From NCBI GenBank assembly GCA_002269645.1, contig NIVC01000458.1:124001-188000 (forward strand): a stretch of DNA of 64,000 bases, written 5' to 3'. Position 1 is the first letter of the stretch. Each line of letters starts with the position of its first letter. This stretch comes from Macrostomum lignano. Its lineage: Eukaryota. The notes beneath the pieces were generated by a model, which did not search any database, was not told the DNA's origin, and worked only from the letters and a program-made list of their open reading frames with translations. Below are positions 24,040 to 36,994 of this stretch, piece after piece. The position numbers were made by a program, and so were the translations under genes.

Positions 24040-25170
24040 CTTGGACAGGCATCCAGTAAGGGGATTTCCCAGCTGAACTCAGGCATCCAGCAAAAGGGAC
24101 TCCCCACCGCACACAAGCATCCAGCAAGGGGATTCCCCATCGCACTAAAGCATCCAGCAAAAGGGATTCCCCACCGCACACAAGCATCCAGCAAGGGGAT
24201 TCCCCACCGCACTTAAGCATCCAACAAGGAGATTCCCCACCGCACACAAGCATCTAGCAAGGGGATTCCCCACCGCACACAAGCATCCAGCAAGTGGATT
24301 CCCCACCGCACCAAGCATCCAGCAAGGGGATTCCCCACCGCACCAAGCATCGAGCAAGGAGATTCCCCACCGCACCAAGCATCGAGCAAGGGGATTCCCC
24401 ACCGCACACAAGCATCGAGCAAGGGGATTCCCCACCGCACTTAAGCATCCAACAAGGAGATTCCCCACCGCACACAAGCATCTAGCAAGGGGATTCCCCA
24501 TCGCACTTAAGCATCCAGCAAGGGGATTCCCCACCGCACCAAGCATCGAGCAAGGGGATTCCCCACCGCACACAAGCATCAAGCAAGGGGATTCTCCACC
24601 GCACCAAGCATCGAGCAAGGGGATTCCCCACCGCACACAAGCATCGAGCAAGGGGATTCCCCACCGCACTTAAGCATCCAACAAGGAGATTCCCCACCGC
24701 ACACAAGCATCTAGCAAGGGGATTCCCCATCGCACTTAAGCATCCAGCAATGGGATTCCCCACCGCACTTAAGCATCCAACAAGGAGATTCCCCACCGCA
24801 CACAAGCATCGAGCAAGGGGATTCCCCACCGCACCAAGCATCGAGCAAGGGGATTCCCACCGCACACAAGCATCGAGCAAGGGGATTCCCCACCGCACTT
24901 AAGCATCCAACAAGGAGATTCCCCACCGCACACAAGCATCTAGCAAGGGGATTCCCCATCGCACTTAAGCATCCAGCAAGGGGATTCCCCACCGCACTTA
25001 AGCATCCAACAAGGAGATTCCCCACCGCACACTAGCATCGAGCAAGGGGATTCCCCACCGCACCAAGCATCGAGCAAGGGGATTCCCACCGCACACAAGC
25101 ATCGAGCAAGGGGATTCTCCACCGCACTTAAGCATACAGCAAACGGATTCCCCACAGAACTTAAGCATAC
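24040..25170. repeat. 32-33 bp minisatellite in MCU intron 3
   Basis: Unit CAAGCATCCAGCAAGGGGATTCCCCACCGCA(CA/CTT), more than 30 copies, with an internal palindrome GGGGA-T-TCCCC. Confidence 0.97.
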
Positions 25171-25574
25171 AGCGAGCTGAAAGTTAGAAAGTACATCGGG
25201 CTTAGCGAGAGAGATAAGGGCCTGGAACATCCGACTCAAGAATTAAGTGGCCGGCATACGTACCGGTATATCAAAGAGCAGAAGAGCAGAGTTCCGAGAC
25301 GAGACGAATCCAGGGGATCTAGCGATGTATAGTAATCCCTAGAGGGGAACGAAATAGATAGAGCCTACTCGTAAGAGGAAGACGAAGATGGAAGCAAGAG
25401 AAATTTTTTATTCCCAAAGAATCAATATCAAGAGAGCCGGACTGCATTATGGCCAGCGAAAAGGGAGTCTTTTACGAGAGTGCGGTGAGAGTTTTGAGAT
25501 AACAGAGATGATGAATTAAGTATCGAGGGCAAGTACGCTCGAAGGAATAGGGTGGATAGGAGATCGAGCGATAG

Positions 25575-26548
25575 CTTAGGGGCTTTAGGGGCGATTCTCA
25601 GTGAGGTTTAGGGGGATTATCAGTGAGGTTTAGGGGCGATTTTCAGTGAGGTTTAGGGGGGATTCTCAGTGAGGTTTAGGGGGATTCTCAGTGAGGTTTA
25701 GGGGGATTATCAGTGAAGTTTAGGGGCGATTCTCAGTGAGGTTTAGGGGGGATTCTCAGTGAGGTTTAGGGGCGATTCTCAGTGAGGTTTAGGGGGGATT
25801 ATCAGTGAAATTTAGGGGCGATTCTCAGTGAGGTTTAGGGGGATTCTCAGTGAGGTTTAGGGGGATTATCAGTGAAGTTTAGGGGCGATTCTCAGTGAGG
25901 TTTAGGGGGATTCTCAGTGAGGTTTAGGGGGATTATCAGTGAGGTTTAGGGGCGATTCTCAGTGAGGTTTAGGGGCGATTCTCTGAGGTTTAGGGGCGAT
26001 TATCAGTGAGGTTTAGGGGCGATTCTCAGTGAGGTTTAGGGGCGATTCTCTGAGGTTTAGGGGCGATTATCAGTGAGGTTTAGGGGCGATTCTCAGTGAG
26101 GTTTAGGGGCGATTCTCTGAGGTTTAGGGGCGATTCACAGTGAGGTTTAGGGGGATTATCAATGAGGTTTAGGGGCGATTCTCAGTGAGGTTTTGGGGCG
26201 ATTCTCAGTGAGATTTAGGGGCGATTCTCAGTGAGGTTTAGGGGCGATTCTCAGTGAGGTTTAGGGGCGATTCTCAGTGAGGTTTAGGGGGATTCTCAGT
26301 GAGGTTTAGGGGCGATTCTCGGTGAGGTTTAGGGCCGTTAGGGGCGATTCTCAGTGAGGTTTAGGGGCGATTCTCAGTGAGGTTTAGGGGCGATTCTCAG
26401 TGAGGTTTAGGGGCGATTCTCAGTGAGGTTTAGGGGCGATTCTCAGTGAAATTTAGGGGGGATTCTCAGTGAGGTTTAGGGGGGATTCTCAGTGAGGTTC
26501 AGGGGCGATTCTCAGTGAGATTTAGGGGCGATTCTCAGTGAGGTTTAG
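25575..26548. repeat. 22-23 bp minisatellite containing TTTAGGG in MCU intron 3
   Basis: Unit GAGGTTTAGGGGCGATTCTCAGT, about 40 copies. Confidence 0.97.
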
Positions 26549-26671
26549 CATTTGATGGTAGCTTTGGACGATTCTCGTCCAAGTTTTTACAGAACAATTT
26601 TATCTTATAACGTAGCTTCTAAAGACTGCTATCTAAGCAATAAAATGATCCAATCAACAAAGACCTCTTAC

Positions 26672-26875
26672 CTGCTTAGTGAGCACATAGTAGGCATAGC
26701 AGGCTATGGCCGTGCCGTAGCCAACAAAGTACGTGACCGGCTCCATAATATCCCAGCTGTATTCCCACCAGGTTAGCCTGGCAAGCACGCCGAACTGCAC
26801 GCCCATGTAGGACAGGCTCAGCCAGGTGAGAATCCTGGTCCGACGGGAGGCCTTCTCAGCTAGTTGGCCGCGAAT
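26672..26875 (-). CDS. MCU: Mitochondrial calcium uniporter, exon 3 (TM1, DIME pore motif, TM2)
   Basis: Manual translation [68 protein letters not shown], flanked by ctcag and GTAAG. Absent from the ORF track. Confidence 0.96.
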
Positions 26876-27090
26876 CTGAGGAGCGGACGTAGCGAAAAGT
26901 GAGGCAAATGTTTTTACAGAACAAAGCCGGACGATGAGCTATTTTTAGAACGCCATAGCGAATGACGTCAGTCGTTAAGCTATTTATAGAATACCTAGGA
27001 AAATTACGTAATTCGTTGCTAAGCGCTTTTAAGAATGGCATGTAAGTCTGAAACCTAGGGAAAAATAGTAAGACAAAACTCAATATTATT

Positions 27091-27128
27091 TGCGACGCGT
27101 TTCGGCTAAAACTAGCCATCTTCAGGCA
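27091..27128 (-). ncRNA. Minimal type I hammerhead ribozyme, mirror copy
   Basis: Exact reverse-complement copy of 27302-27339 in the left arm. Confidence 0.82.
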
Positions 27129-27301
27129 CTATCGAACAGAATTTATTTCAACCTATTAAATACTGTGTAGACGACAAAATCACGTATTGAAAAGATATAA
27201 AAGGACTAAAGGATCAATGTACAGTCCTTTTATATCTTTTCAATACGTGATTTTGTCGTCTACACAGTATTTAATAGGTTGAAATAAATTCTGTTCGATA
27301 G

Positions 27302-27339
27302 TGCCTGAAGATGGCTAGTTTTAGCCGAAACGCGTCGCA
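27302..27339 (+). ncRNA. Minimal type I hammerhead ribozyme (Penelope-associated type)
   Basis: UGC-CUGAAGA-U-GGCUA-GUUU-UAGCC-GAA-ACGCGU-C/GCA: complete core, 5-bp stem II, palindromic stem III, GUC site at 27334-27336, 3-bp stem I. Confidence 0.82.
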
Positions 27340-28189
27340 AATAATATTGAGTTTTGTCTTACTATTATCTGTTAAGAGTGCTTCTCTACCGCAATTCTAG
27401 GGAAAAATATTTTCTAATCTTTGGTCCCTTCGAGACTTGTAAAACTCGCCAGTCTGCTATGCCTGCGCTTCGATTCGTCTAAGAGAACGCAAACATTTAG
27501 GCTCAAATGTTTGCGTTCTCTGGCCCATCCATCCCACGAGTCGCTGTGTACTGTGTAGGCCTAGAAGCGAATTACGAGCAGGCGAGTTGATGACTGTCAA
27601 GAAACCGGAGCAACCAGTTAGTTTAACAGTAACCCCCTCATTTCCACAGTTGAAGTTGCGATTTTTTCGAGAAAGCACGAACGACTGATGCTGATTACTG
27701 CTGCTTGAGAAACGGAGAAGCAGATAGTCTGAGCTTGACAAGAGAATCTGACTCACTGCAACTGCAACTGGACTGAGCTGACTCGCTCTAATTTATGGAT
27801 AATTGCGTGCAGCCTAAAGTAAGACAGACACAGCAGCTGGTTAAAAGACAGACAGTTGAAAGCTTTGCAAATAGACAATCACATATAGGGTTACTCATAC
27901 AGAAAAGCCAAATCGACAGGCAGAGATACATACAGATAGACTAACAGGCGGAGAGTCATCATTAAGTCAGAAAGACGGACGAAACTAAAGCACACAGAGA
28001 CAGAAACAGACACACAATTATACGAACGTCAGTTTGGATGGACTGGACATTACCAGAGACGGACAGATAGACACACAGACCGTTCGTAAGTCTCAGTCCG
28101 TTCCCTCCCTCCCCCTCTCTCTCCCTGGCTAATAATAATATTTCATATAAGCTAGCTCAATAAAATTTGTGATTTTGCGTGTTTCCCCA

Positions 28190-28301
<112 letters not shown>

Positions 28302-28373
28302 CTACGAGTTCGAGCTAACTATTGCTAGCTACTCGAATATCTGTTGCCAGCAAAAACTGCGCACGACACACCC

Positions 28374-28760
<387 letters not shown>

Positions 28761-29223
28761 GAACACTAACGCAGACGCAGCAACAGACAGCCAGCTACTA
28801 CGCATATTCATCCGCAGGCAAGCAGTGAAGCGAGTCCGGTGCCGGACAGACAGCCCGGTAACAACTCTAATTAATGTGAAAGCCTGCAGGCCGACTGTGC
28901 AGGGCTTACGAGCTTATTGGCGAAGCAAATCAAAGCTAACCAACATGGAAAGTTTTCTCGTATAGAGAGAGAAAGAGGAAAGTTCCCTCAAACTATCTAG
29001 AGCAGTTACCCACTCAGATCAACTATCGTGGAGTTGAGCTCTCCATAAAGTCAGTCGAATCTCTTAGGAAATTCGAGCAATATCAGGCTTTGGGAAATTT
29101 CCCCGATGACTTGCTAGATCATTCAATCCGTAAAACTAAGAAAATGTGGATACTTTATTAACTTCAGAAACGGTCCAATTCAGTACCAATTTTTCTTGGT
29201 TCTCAGGGGCGCGCTTCACAATA

Positions 29224-29863
29224 TGGGTGACAGGGGGAGCTGAAATGGGTGACAGGGGGAGCTGAAATGGGTGACAGGGGGGAGCTGAAATGGGTGACAG
29301 AGGGAGGTGAAATGGGTGACAGGGGGAGCTGAAATGGGTGACAGGGGGAGCTGAAATGGGTGACGGGGGGCTGAAATGGGTGACAGGGGAGCTGAAATGG
29401 GTGCCGGAGAGGGAGCTGAAATGGGTGACAGGGGGAGCTGAAATGGGTGACAGGGGGGAGCTGAAATGGGTGACAGAGGGAGGTGAAATGGGTGACAGGG
29501 GGAGCTGAAACGGGTGACAGGGGGAGCTGAAATGGGTGACGGGGGGCTGAAATGGGTGACAGGGGAGCTGAAATGGGTGCCGGAGAGGGAGCTGAAATGG
29601 GTGACAGGGGGAGCTGAAATGGGTGACGGGGGGAGCTGAAATGGGTGACAGGGGGGGCTGAAATGGGTGACGGGGGGCTGAAATGGGTGACAGGGGGGGG
29701 GGCTGAAATGGGTGACGGGGGGCTGAAATGGGTGACAGGGGGGGCTGAAATGGGTGACGGGGGGCTGAAATGGGTGACAGGGGTGTGAAATGGGTGACAG
29801 GGGGTGTGAAATGGGTGACGGGGGGCTGAAATGGGTGACAGGGGGTGTGAAATGGGTGACAGG
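29224..29863. repeat. About 22-bp G-rich minisatellite in MCU intron 2
   Basis: Unit GGGTGACAGGGGGAGCTGAAAT with variable G-run length. Confidence 0.97.
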
Positions 29864-29978
29864 GTGCCCAACAACGGTACAACAAAGCCAAAGGCGCACC
29901 TGAAGCGCTCAATGCGCACACGTAGACCCATTAAAAGTGGATGAATGAATATATAAACATTGTGAAACGGCAACTCAC

Positions 29979-30244
29979 AGCCTCCATGGGTTCCAGTTGC
30001 AACTGCAGATCCTGCAGCTGCTGCATGAGCTCCTTCTCCTTGGCCAGTTGGTATTCAGGCGTGTTCAGAGCGGAGTGCAGCTGGGAAATCATAGCCTTCA
30101 CATCGGCAAGCTGGTCGACGCTCTCATGAGTCACGACAGGCGACTCCGGCACGGTGACGGCGAAGCGCTGGTCGTTAAGCTGGACATCGAAGTCGCGGCG
30201 GAGCAGACTCTCGATGGAGTCGGAGCCCGCGATGCGGAGGCCGT
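29979..30244 (-). CDS. MCU: Mitochondrial calcium uniporter, exon 2
   Basis: (D)GLRIAGSDSIESLLRRDFDVQLND...HESVDQLADVKAMISQLHSALNTPEYQLAKEKELMQQLQDLQLQLEPMEA, matching MCU DGVRVAAS...HE...LNDVK.LV.QLY..L....QL.KEREL. Acceptor ccaccag, donor GTGAGT. Confidence 0.93.
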
Positions 30245-30289
30245 CTGGTGGGTGTGACCAGGTTGGAATTTGGGGATCATTTGGGATTA

Positions 30290-30900
30290 AGAGTATATGG
30301 GATTTAAGAGGATTATCTGGAATTTTAAAAGATTATTTTTAGGACTTGAGATTATCTGAGATTCGAGAGGATTATTTGGGATTTGAGAGGATTATTTAGG
30401 ATTCGAGAGGATTATTTGGGATTTGAGAGGATTATTTGGGATTTGAGAGGATTATTTGGAATTTGAGAGGATTATTTGGGATTTGAGAGGGTTATTTGGG
30501 ATTTGAGAGGACTATTTGAGATTTGAGAGGATTATTTAGGATTTGAGAGGATTATTTGGGATTTGAGAGGATTATTTGGGATTTGAGAGGATTATTTGGG
30601 ATTTGAGAGGATTATTTGGGATTTGAGAGGACTATTTGAAATTTGAGAGGATTATTTAGGATTTGAGAGGATTATTTGGGATTTGAGAGGACTATTTGAA
30701 ATTTGAGATGATTATTTAGGATTTAAGAGGATTATTTGGGATTTGAGAGGATTATTTGGGATTTGAGAGGATTATTTGGGATTTGAGAGGACTATTTGGG
30801 ATTTGAGAGGATTATTTGGGATTTGAGAGGGTTATTTGGGATTTGAGAGGATTATTTGGGATTTGAGAGGATTATTTAGGATTTGAGAGGATTATTTAGG
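30290..30900. repeat. 20-bp minisatellite next to the MCU exon 2 acceptor
   Basis: Unit GATTTGAGAGGATTATTTGG, about 30 copies. Confidence 0.97.
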
Positions 30901-31974
30901 ACCTGGGGATCGAGTCTGGCGTATGGGCATAACGGAATTTTTGAGGGATTTAATGAATGCCCACTTCAATATTAACATGACTGCCATATTTAATTCCTAT
31001 AATAAACCTTGTTGAACGCAATAAATTAATAAATCAAATAAAAAGAAAAAATCCCAAAGTGGGAGAAATATGAATAAAAATCAGATATAAATTATGCATC
31101 AAGCCGCAAGCTCGTGCTTGCGAGTCGGGTGGGTGCTGCCCCAATTTTGACATTGCATCAATTGAATCTCATTTAGAATGCAACTAAGCAGCTATACTCG
31201 AGCTCAAGGGAGATTTTCGGGACTCATCAAAACACCAGTATGCAGAATGGAAAGCCTTAAAACCCCGTGTTCAGACTCTTTGATTAGTAAGAAAAAATTG
31301 ACTACACTGTGCTGTCTTGTCTTTTTTCTCCATTCTCTTTCTGATAAATAATTCATTAACAAACTTTCAAAGGACGAAAATAAAAAAGAAAAGCATAATT
31401 TGCTTTAGCTTTTTGAACAAATTCAGACAAGAGTTTAGAGGAACCTGAACAGATAGAATAAACAGATGGACCTGATGCGTTCACCTTACTCATCCACCTT
31501 ACTCATAGTTCAAGCTAAGAAGAGAAGGGGAGAGAGAGAGGTAAGTTGAAACAAATTGAATTATGCAAATCAATCGATATGCATATCGCATACATACAGA
31601 TAGATTTACGTAGTTTGGCCCCGTTGTGTCCCGCGAGATGAACTAAGCATACTCAACATGCAAACTGCAACGAGAAATAAACTACCAAAAGTGTAGAAAA
31701 ATGTACTTTTGGCTAAGCCAGAGGATTTTGGTGTCAGCGCGTGTAATGACACATAAACTTCAGATTTGGCATACATGAATCTGGACCCCGCAGATGCCAA
31801 ATGGCACTGCGCGCATAAAAAAACTGGTTTTTAATGTGTCACTTTTAATTATGCAGCGGCTTCCTAAGAGCCACGCAGGGACGCAACAAACTAGGGGGAG
31901 GGGCAGGAGGGCGGTGCCCCCTCCAGCCCAATAAATTTACTGTCAACTTAGTATATAGCACTACGAGTATATTA

Positions 31975-32595
31975 CAGTATAGCTCTGGCACTCTTTTACA
32001 GTATAGCTCTAGCGCTCTTTTACAGTATAGCTCTGGCGCTCTTTTACAGCATAGCTCTGGCGCTCTTTTACAGTATAGCTCTGGCGCTCTTTTACAGCAT
32101 AGCTCTGGCGCTCTTTTACAGTATAGCTCTGGCGCTCTTTTACAGCATAGCTCTGGCGCTCTTTTACAGTATAGCTCTAGCGCTCTTTTACAGCATAGCT
32201 CTGGCGCTCTTTTACAGTATAGCTCTAGCGCTCTTTTACAGCATAGCATAGCTCTGGCGCTCTTTTACAGTATAGCTCTAGCGCTCTTTTACAGTATAGC
32301 TCTGGCGCTCTTTTACAGCATAGCTCTGGTGCCCTCTTAGTATAGCTCTGGCGCTCTTTCACAGTATAGCTCTGGCGCTCTTTCACAGTATAGCTCTGGC
32401 GCTCTTTCACAGTGTAGCTTTGGCGCTCTTTCACAGTATAGCTCTGGCGCTCTTTCACAGTGTAGCTCTGGCGCTCTTTTGCAGTGTAGCTCTGGTGCCA
32501 TCTTACAGTGTAGCTCTGGCGCCATCTTACAGTATAGCTCTGGCGCCATCTTACAGTATAGCTCTGGCGCTCTTTTACAGCATAGCTCTGGTGCC
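31975..32595. repeat. 24-bp minisatellite in MCU intron 1
   Basis: Unit ACAGTATAGCTCTGGCGCTCTTTT, about 25 copies. Confidence 0.97.
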
Positions 32596-33363
32596 CTCTC
32601 CCAGCAAAGAAAGATTCTACATGTAACTAAGCCCCCTGATGCCGTACGACAATTGATAGTACAGTACTTTTGCATGCTCGCGGTTGGCTTCACGCATTCG
32701 CTGTAATTCACCAATGGCAGTTGGTTGATAATTCTGTCTATAGTACTCGTATATTTATAAGTCTAGATACATGTAGCTACTATCTAGACACGGGCAGAGC
32801 GCCATACCACAGGCAAGGTTTGAAGCGTGGCTGGAGAAAAACACACACACGCGTTCTTTTCTTTCTTTCCATTAGTTACAGGCATATACGAGGCTTAAAG
32901 CACAGCAGGCTTTGAGTAGAATGGACAATGAATCTCTATGGACGTGTGGGCAGTCGCACAAATTCAGCAGAGCATTAGAGTGAGTCTTTGAGTTGAATTA
33001 ACGATAAATATATATGTAGTGAGACAGAAACCCCCCCTCTCTCCTGCCTAACCGTCAGTCATTCACTTTTCTTCGCTTGAACTGTACAGTGCCAGTGTTC
33101 TAAAGAAATTGGGGCGCCATTATTTCGTATCTGACTCACCTTAGCTTGACGGAGTGTGTGTGTGCGCGCGTGTGTGTAGAGCATCGAGCATTGAGCTCTG
33201 CACTCAGGCAAATCTAAATAAAGACTTCAAGAAAAATATATACAGTATTTTTTATTTAATAAACTCGTTAAGAATGAGAACGGTTTTATCTGCCTAGAGT
33301 GTCATTTGCTGCAGACCTAAAAACCGACTAACATTAAAGTGTGTCCAAGATTACCTCCTACAG

Positions 33364-33628
33364 CAGGGGTCGGCAAACTATGACTGCGGGACAGAGGGAG
33401 AAGACAGGAGAGTGGAGACAAGGGGAGGGGAGGAGCGGAGAGGAGAGAGATGCGAGATGAGAGAGGAGAGGGGAGATGAGTAAAGATAGGGGAGAGGAGA
33501 ACGGAGAGGAGATTAGAGAGAGCTGAGAAGAGACACAAACCATGAGCGGGCCGAATTGCCATTGTGAAGTTTCAAAGGACCCGAGGGCCGGATAGAGAGC
33601 TTCGCGGGCCGGATTTTGGCGACCCCTG
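33364..33628. mobile_element. hAT-Charlie-like MITE with AG-rich interior
   Basis: TIR CAGGGGTCGGCAAA / TTTGGCGACCCCTG (13 of 14 match), flanked by a CCTACAG direct repeat (7 bp). Confidence 0.8.
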
Positions 33629-34299
33629 CCTACAGAAACCGGTTGCACAGTTCATCTTAGTCTCTACTTAGTTCCGTCTATTACTAAGCTAATCCTAGCA
33701 TATCTTAAGATGATTTCTAAGAAATTAACACCTTCCCATAGTAATTATGGTTCTCCTCGACCAGTAGTTGCAATAAAATCCCTTTACAGTACAGTAAGAC
33801 TTTACTTAGAAGCTTTTATACAACACGCACAATTAACATCAACGCTCTATCCGCATACTACGCTCGTAGTAAGACTATTCATCGTTCATCTAGAGAGAGA
33901 ATCTGTGCAACACAGGATGCACTTTAAATTGAAGGCTGAAGCCGTGAGGGGAAGAGAAAGGCTACGCAAAAAGTTTTAGACTGGCCAGACCGCTCGATGG
34001 TTGGCTGGAAGAGTCAACGTGTGTCGCTTGAAGAAAACCGAAAGAGGATGACCGGTTTAAAGTTTCACCACAGGTTCTGCATACCACCTCTTCTCTTACA
34101 AAGATTTTACAGACTCTCTTAGATACAGGTCTTACAATCAGGGTGTCCGCGCAATTTTCATTTTAGATTTCCAGGTTTTAAGTTAATTAACTTTTCGTTT
34201 TAGGTCGAATTTCAGTTGAAATTTTAACAGAAATTAGAAAAGTAAGAATATACTAAAACTTTCCCATGACCCAAAATTTGAAAATTGAAAACTATTGCT

Positions 34300-34900
34300 G
34301 TTCCACATCCCATAATCCCCATCGTGTATTTCAGCTGCACCGCTGCTGTCCCACACCCCATAATCCCCATAGTGTATTTCAGCTGCACTGCTGCTGTCCC
34401 ACATGCCATAATCCCCATCGTGTATTTCAGCTGCACTGCTGCTGTCCCACATGCCATAATCCCCATCGTGTATTTCAGCTGCACTGCTGCTGTCCCACAT
34501 GCCATAATCCCCATCGTGTATTTCAGCTGCACTGCTGCTGTCCCACATCCCATAATCCCCATCGTGTATTTCAGCTGCACTGCTGCTGTCCCACATCCCA
34601 TAATCCCCATCGTGTATTTCAGCTGCACTGCTGCTGTCCCACATGCCATAATCCCCATCGTGTATTTCAGCTGCACTGCTGCTGTCCCACATGCCATAAT
34701 CCCCATCGTGTATTTCAGCTGCACTGCTGCTGTCCCACATGCCATAATCCCCATCGTGTATTTCAGCTGCACTGCTGCTGTCCCACATGCCATAATCCCC
34801 ATCGTGTATTTCAGCTGCACCGCTGCTGTCCCACACCCCATAACCCCCATCCCCATGCTGTCACACACCCCACACCCCATAATCCCCATCGTGTACGCTC
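34300..34900. repeat. 48-bp minisatellite in MCU intron 1
   Basis: Unit CCATAATCCCCATCGTGTATTTCAGCTGCACTGCTGCTGTCCCACATG, about 11 copies. Confidence 0.97.
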
Positions 34901-35779
34901 GTATTTCAGCTACACAGCTGCTGTCCGACATAACGCAGTATGTTCAACGGCCCCATCATAAAATACAAAATATGAATAAAGAAAACAGTTGCTGTATCAA
35001 TCAGTACAACAGACTAATTAATTTTATTATTTTTTAAGAAAAAAGTTTGTGAGTAGCAACACTCAAAGTGCTTCCAGTCGCGCCCTGCAACAGTCATCGA
35101 TCAAATATGTCAGCCACAGCGAGACCGCCGTTTTTTTTACAAGATAAGCCAAGCCTCAGTCCCTTCAGAGCTACAGCGAATATAGGCAAGAAAAGCGGCG
35201 AGAAAAGGCGAGAAGAAATCGGGTTAGCCAAGAGCAAACTAGACGGAGACAGGTCCAGCAAGACACTGCTCAAGCGAGTCCAATAATAAAGTCAATAAAT
35301 TGGACTCTTCGGATCAAAGGCTTGAGGATTTAGCAGGACGGAATTGACTTTGTTAATCTCATTAAATAAGAGTGCACCGGTACTGCCCGAGTTCGTGTCA
35401 TTTCGCCTCTTTTTTTTTACTCCTTTCATGCGGTGGCCAATCGATCCAGATAGATTGACGGCTGGCTACTACTAGACTGTGTTTGGTTACCCGACAAAAA
35501 AGCAGATAGCAGTTTTACCAAACAAGCGGAGCTATAGGCATATAGACATGTACATGTGCCGTGGGTGATTCTAAATAGAGTTTTAGGAAGGACTCATTTT
35601 ATCATAAGCATTACAACAGATGCCATCGTGACTGAATTATATTTTATAAATATTATTTCCATGCTTCAAAATGCATGCTAATCATCGTTTTTATGGTGAA
35701 CTTGGGGTAAAGAATAAAATGCGTAAAAATTGTTTGTGGTGGGGAGTCAGTTCGTAGCTGATGGCGAATCAAAGATGGC

Positions 35780-36598
35780 TGATAGGGAATCAGAGGCACT
35801 GATGGGGAATCAGAGGTACTGATGGGGAATCAGAGGCACTGATGGGGAATCAGAGGCACTGATGGGGAATCAGAGGCACTGATGGGGAATCAAAGAGGCA
35901 GCTGATGGGGAATCAAAGAGGCAGCTGATGGGGAATCAAAGAGGCAGCTGATGGGGAATCAAAGAGGCAGCTGATGGGGAGTCAAAGAGACAGCTGATGA
36001 GGAATAAAGGCAGCTGATGAGGAATCAAAGACAGCTGATGAGGAATCAAAGAGACAGCTGATGAGGAATCAAAGAGACAGCTGATGAGGAATCAAAGAGA
36101 GCTGATGGGGAATCAAAGAGACGGCTGATGGGGAATCAAAGAGAGCTGATGGGGAATCAAAGAGACAGCTGATGAGGAATCAAAGACAGCTGATGAGGAA
36201 TCAAAGACAGCTGATGAGGAATCAAAGAGACAGCTGATGAGGAATCAAAGAGACGGCTGATGGGGAATCAAAGAGACGGCTGATGGGGAATCAAAGAGAG
36301 CTGATGGGGAATCAAAGAGACAGCTGATGAGGAATCAAAGAGACGGCTGATGGGGAATCAAAGACAGCTGATGAGGAATCAAAGACAGCTGATGAGGAAT
36401 CAAAGAGACAACTGATGAGGAATCAAAGAGAGCTGATGGGGAATCAAAGAGACGGCTGATGGGGAATCAAAGACAGCTGATGAGGAATCAAAGACAGCTG
36501 ATGAGGAATCAAAGAGACAACTGATGAGGAATCAAAGAGAGCTGATGGGGAATCAAAGAGAGCTGATGGGGAATCAAAGAGACGGCTGATGGGGAATC
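35780..36598. repeat. 19-23 bp minisatellite next to the MCU exon 1 donor
   Basis: Unit GCTGATG(A/G)GGAATCAAAGA(GA)(CA). Confidence 0.96.
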
Positions 36599-36687
36599 TG
36601 TTTGGAAATAATGTGTCACTGACGAAGAAGAGTCCATGCGAAATGTTAAGGGTTAAGTGCTGTAATACAGTTGAATAGGGGACTCAC

Positions 36688-36994
36688 CAGACGTGTAGAA
36701 AATAATCTGCTCAACGCCCCGATCCTCATTGCGAATGCTGGCAGTCAGATCGCTAACCGTATTGGTGAGCGGCTTCATGGTGAACTGGCACGCCTTGCCC
36801 CGGCTAGGCAGGGGAATGCGGAAGCGGGGCAGGCCGTCTTGGTAAACCACACTAGCGGAAGTGGCTACTGAGCACAGGCTGCGATGACAGACAGCAATAC
36901 CTACCGGTCGCCAGGCAACAGTTGCTAGGCGAAAACTAAATTGACTGCCAGCCAGCATGTTGATAAGTAGGACTGGGGTTGACGTGTGGCGCAT
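36688..36994 (-). CDS. MCU: Mitochondrial calcium uniporter, exon 1 (presequence-like N-terminus plus N-terminal domain)
   Basis: VVYQDGLPRFRIPLPSRGKACQFTMKPLTNTVSDLTASIRNEDRGVEQIIFYTS matches MCU VVYQNGLP...LPSR...CQFTLKP.....V......EDRG. The phase-1 donor G|GTGAGT joins exon 2 as Asp. Confidence 0.93.

Larger units (their letters stand above)
27064..27366. mobile_element. Penelope-type inverted terminal repeat: two 144-bp arms around a 15-nt spacer
   Basis: 27064-27207 is the reverse complement of 27223-27366. Each arm carries a PLE-type hammerhead motif. Confidence 0.8.

Noticed and set aside
23993-25239. Multiple repetitive ORFs (GGESPC, RWGIPL)
   Set aside because: All frames of the 33-bp minisatellite inside MCU intron 3.
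29204-29902. Possible MITE enclosing the 22-bp minisatellite (CAGGGGCGCG...GGCGCACCTG)
   Set aside because: Only 8 of 10 terminal bases match and there is no TSD.
34224-35037. 200-250 aa repetitive ORFs on both strands
   Set aside because: 48-bp minisatellite open in several frames; no coding signature.
35780-36640. CTGATGA-containing repeat as a hammerhead array
   Set aside because: There is no stem II, and GAAT replaces GAAA, so the core cannot be completed.
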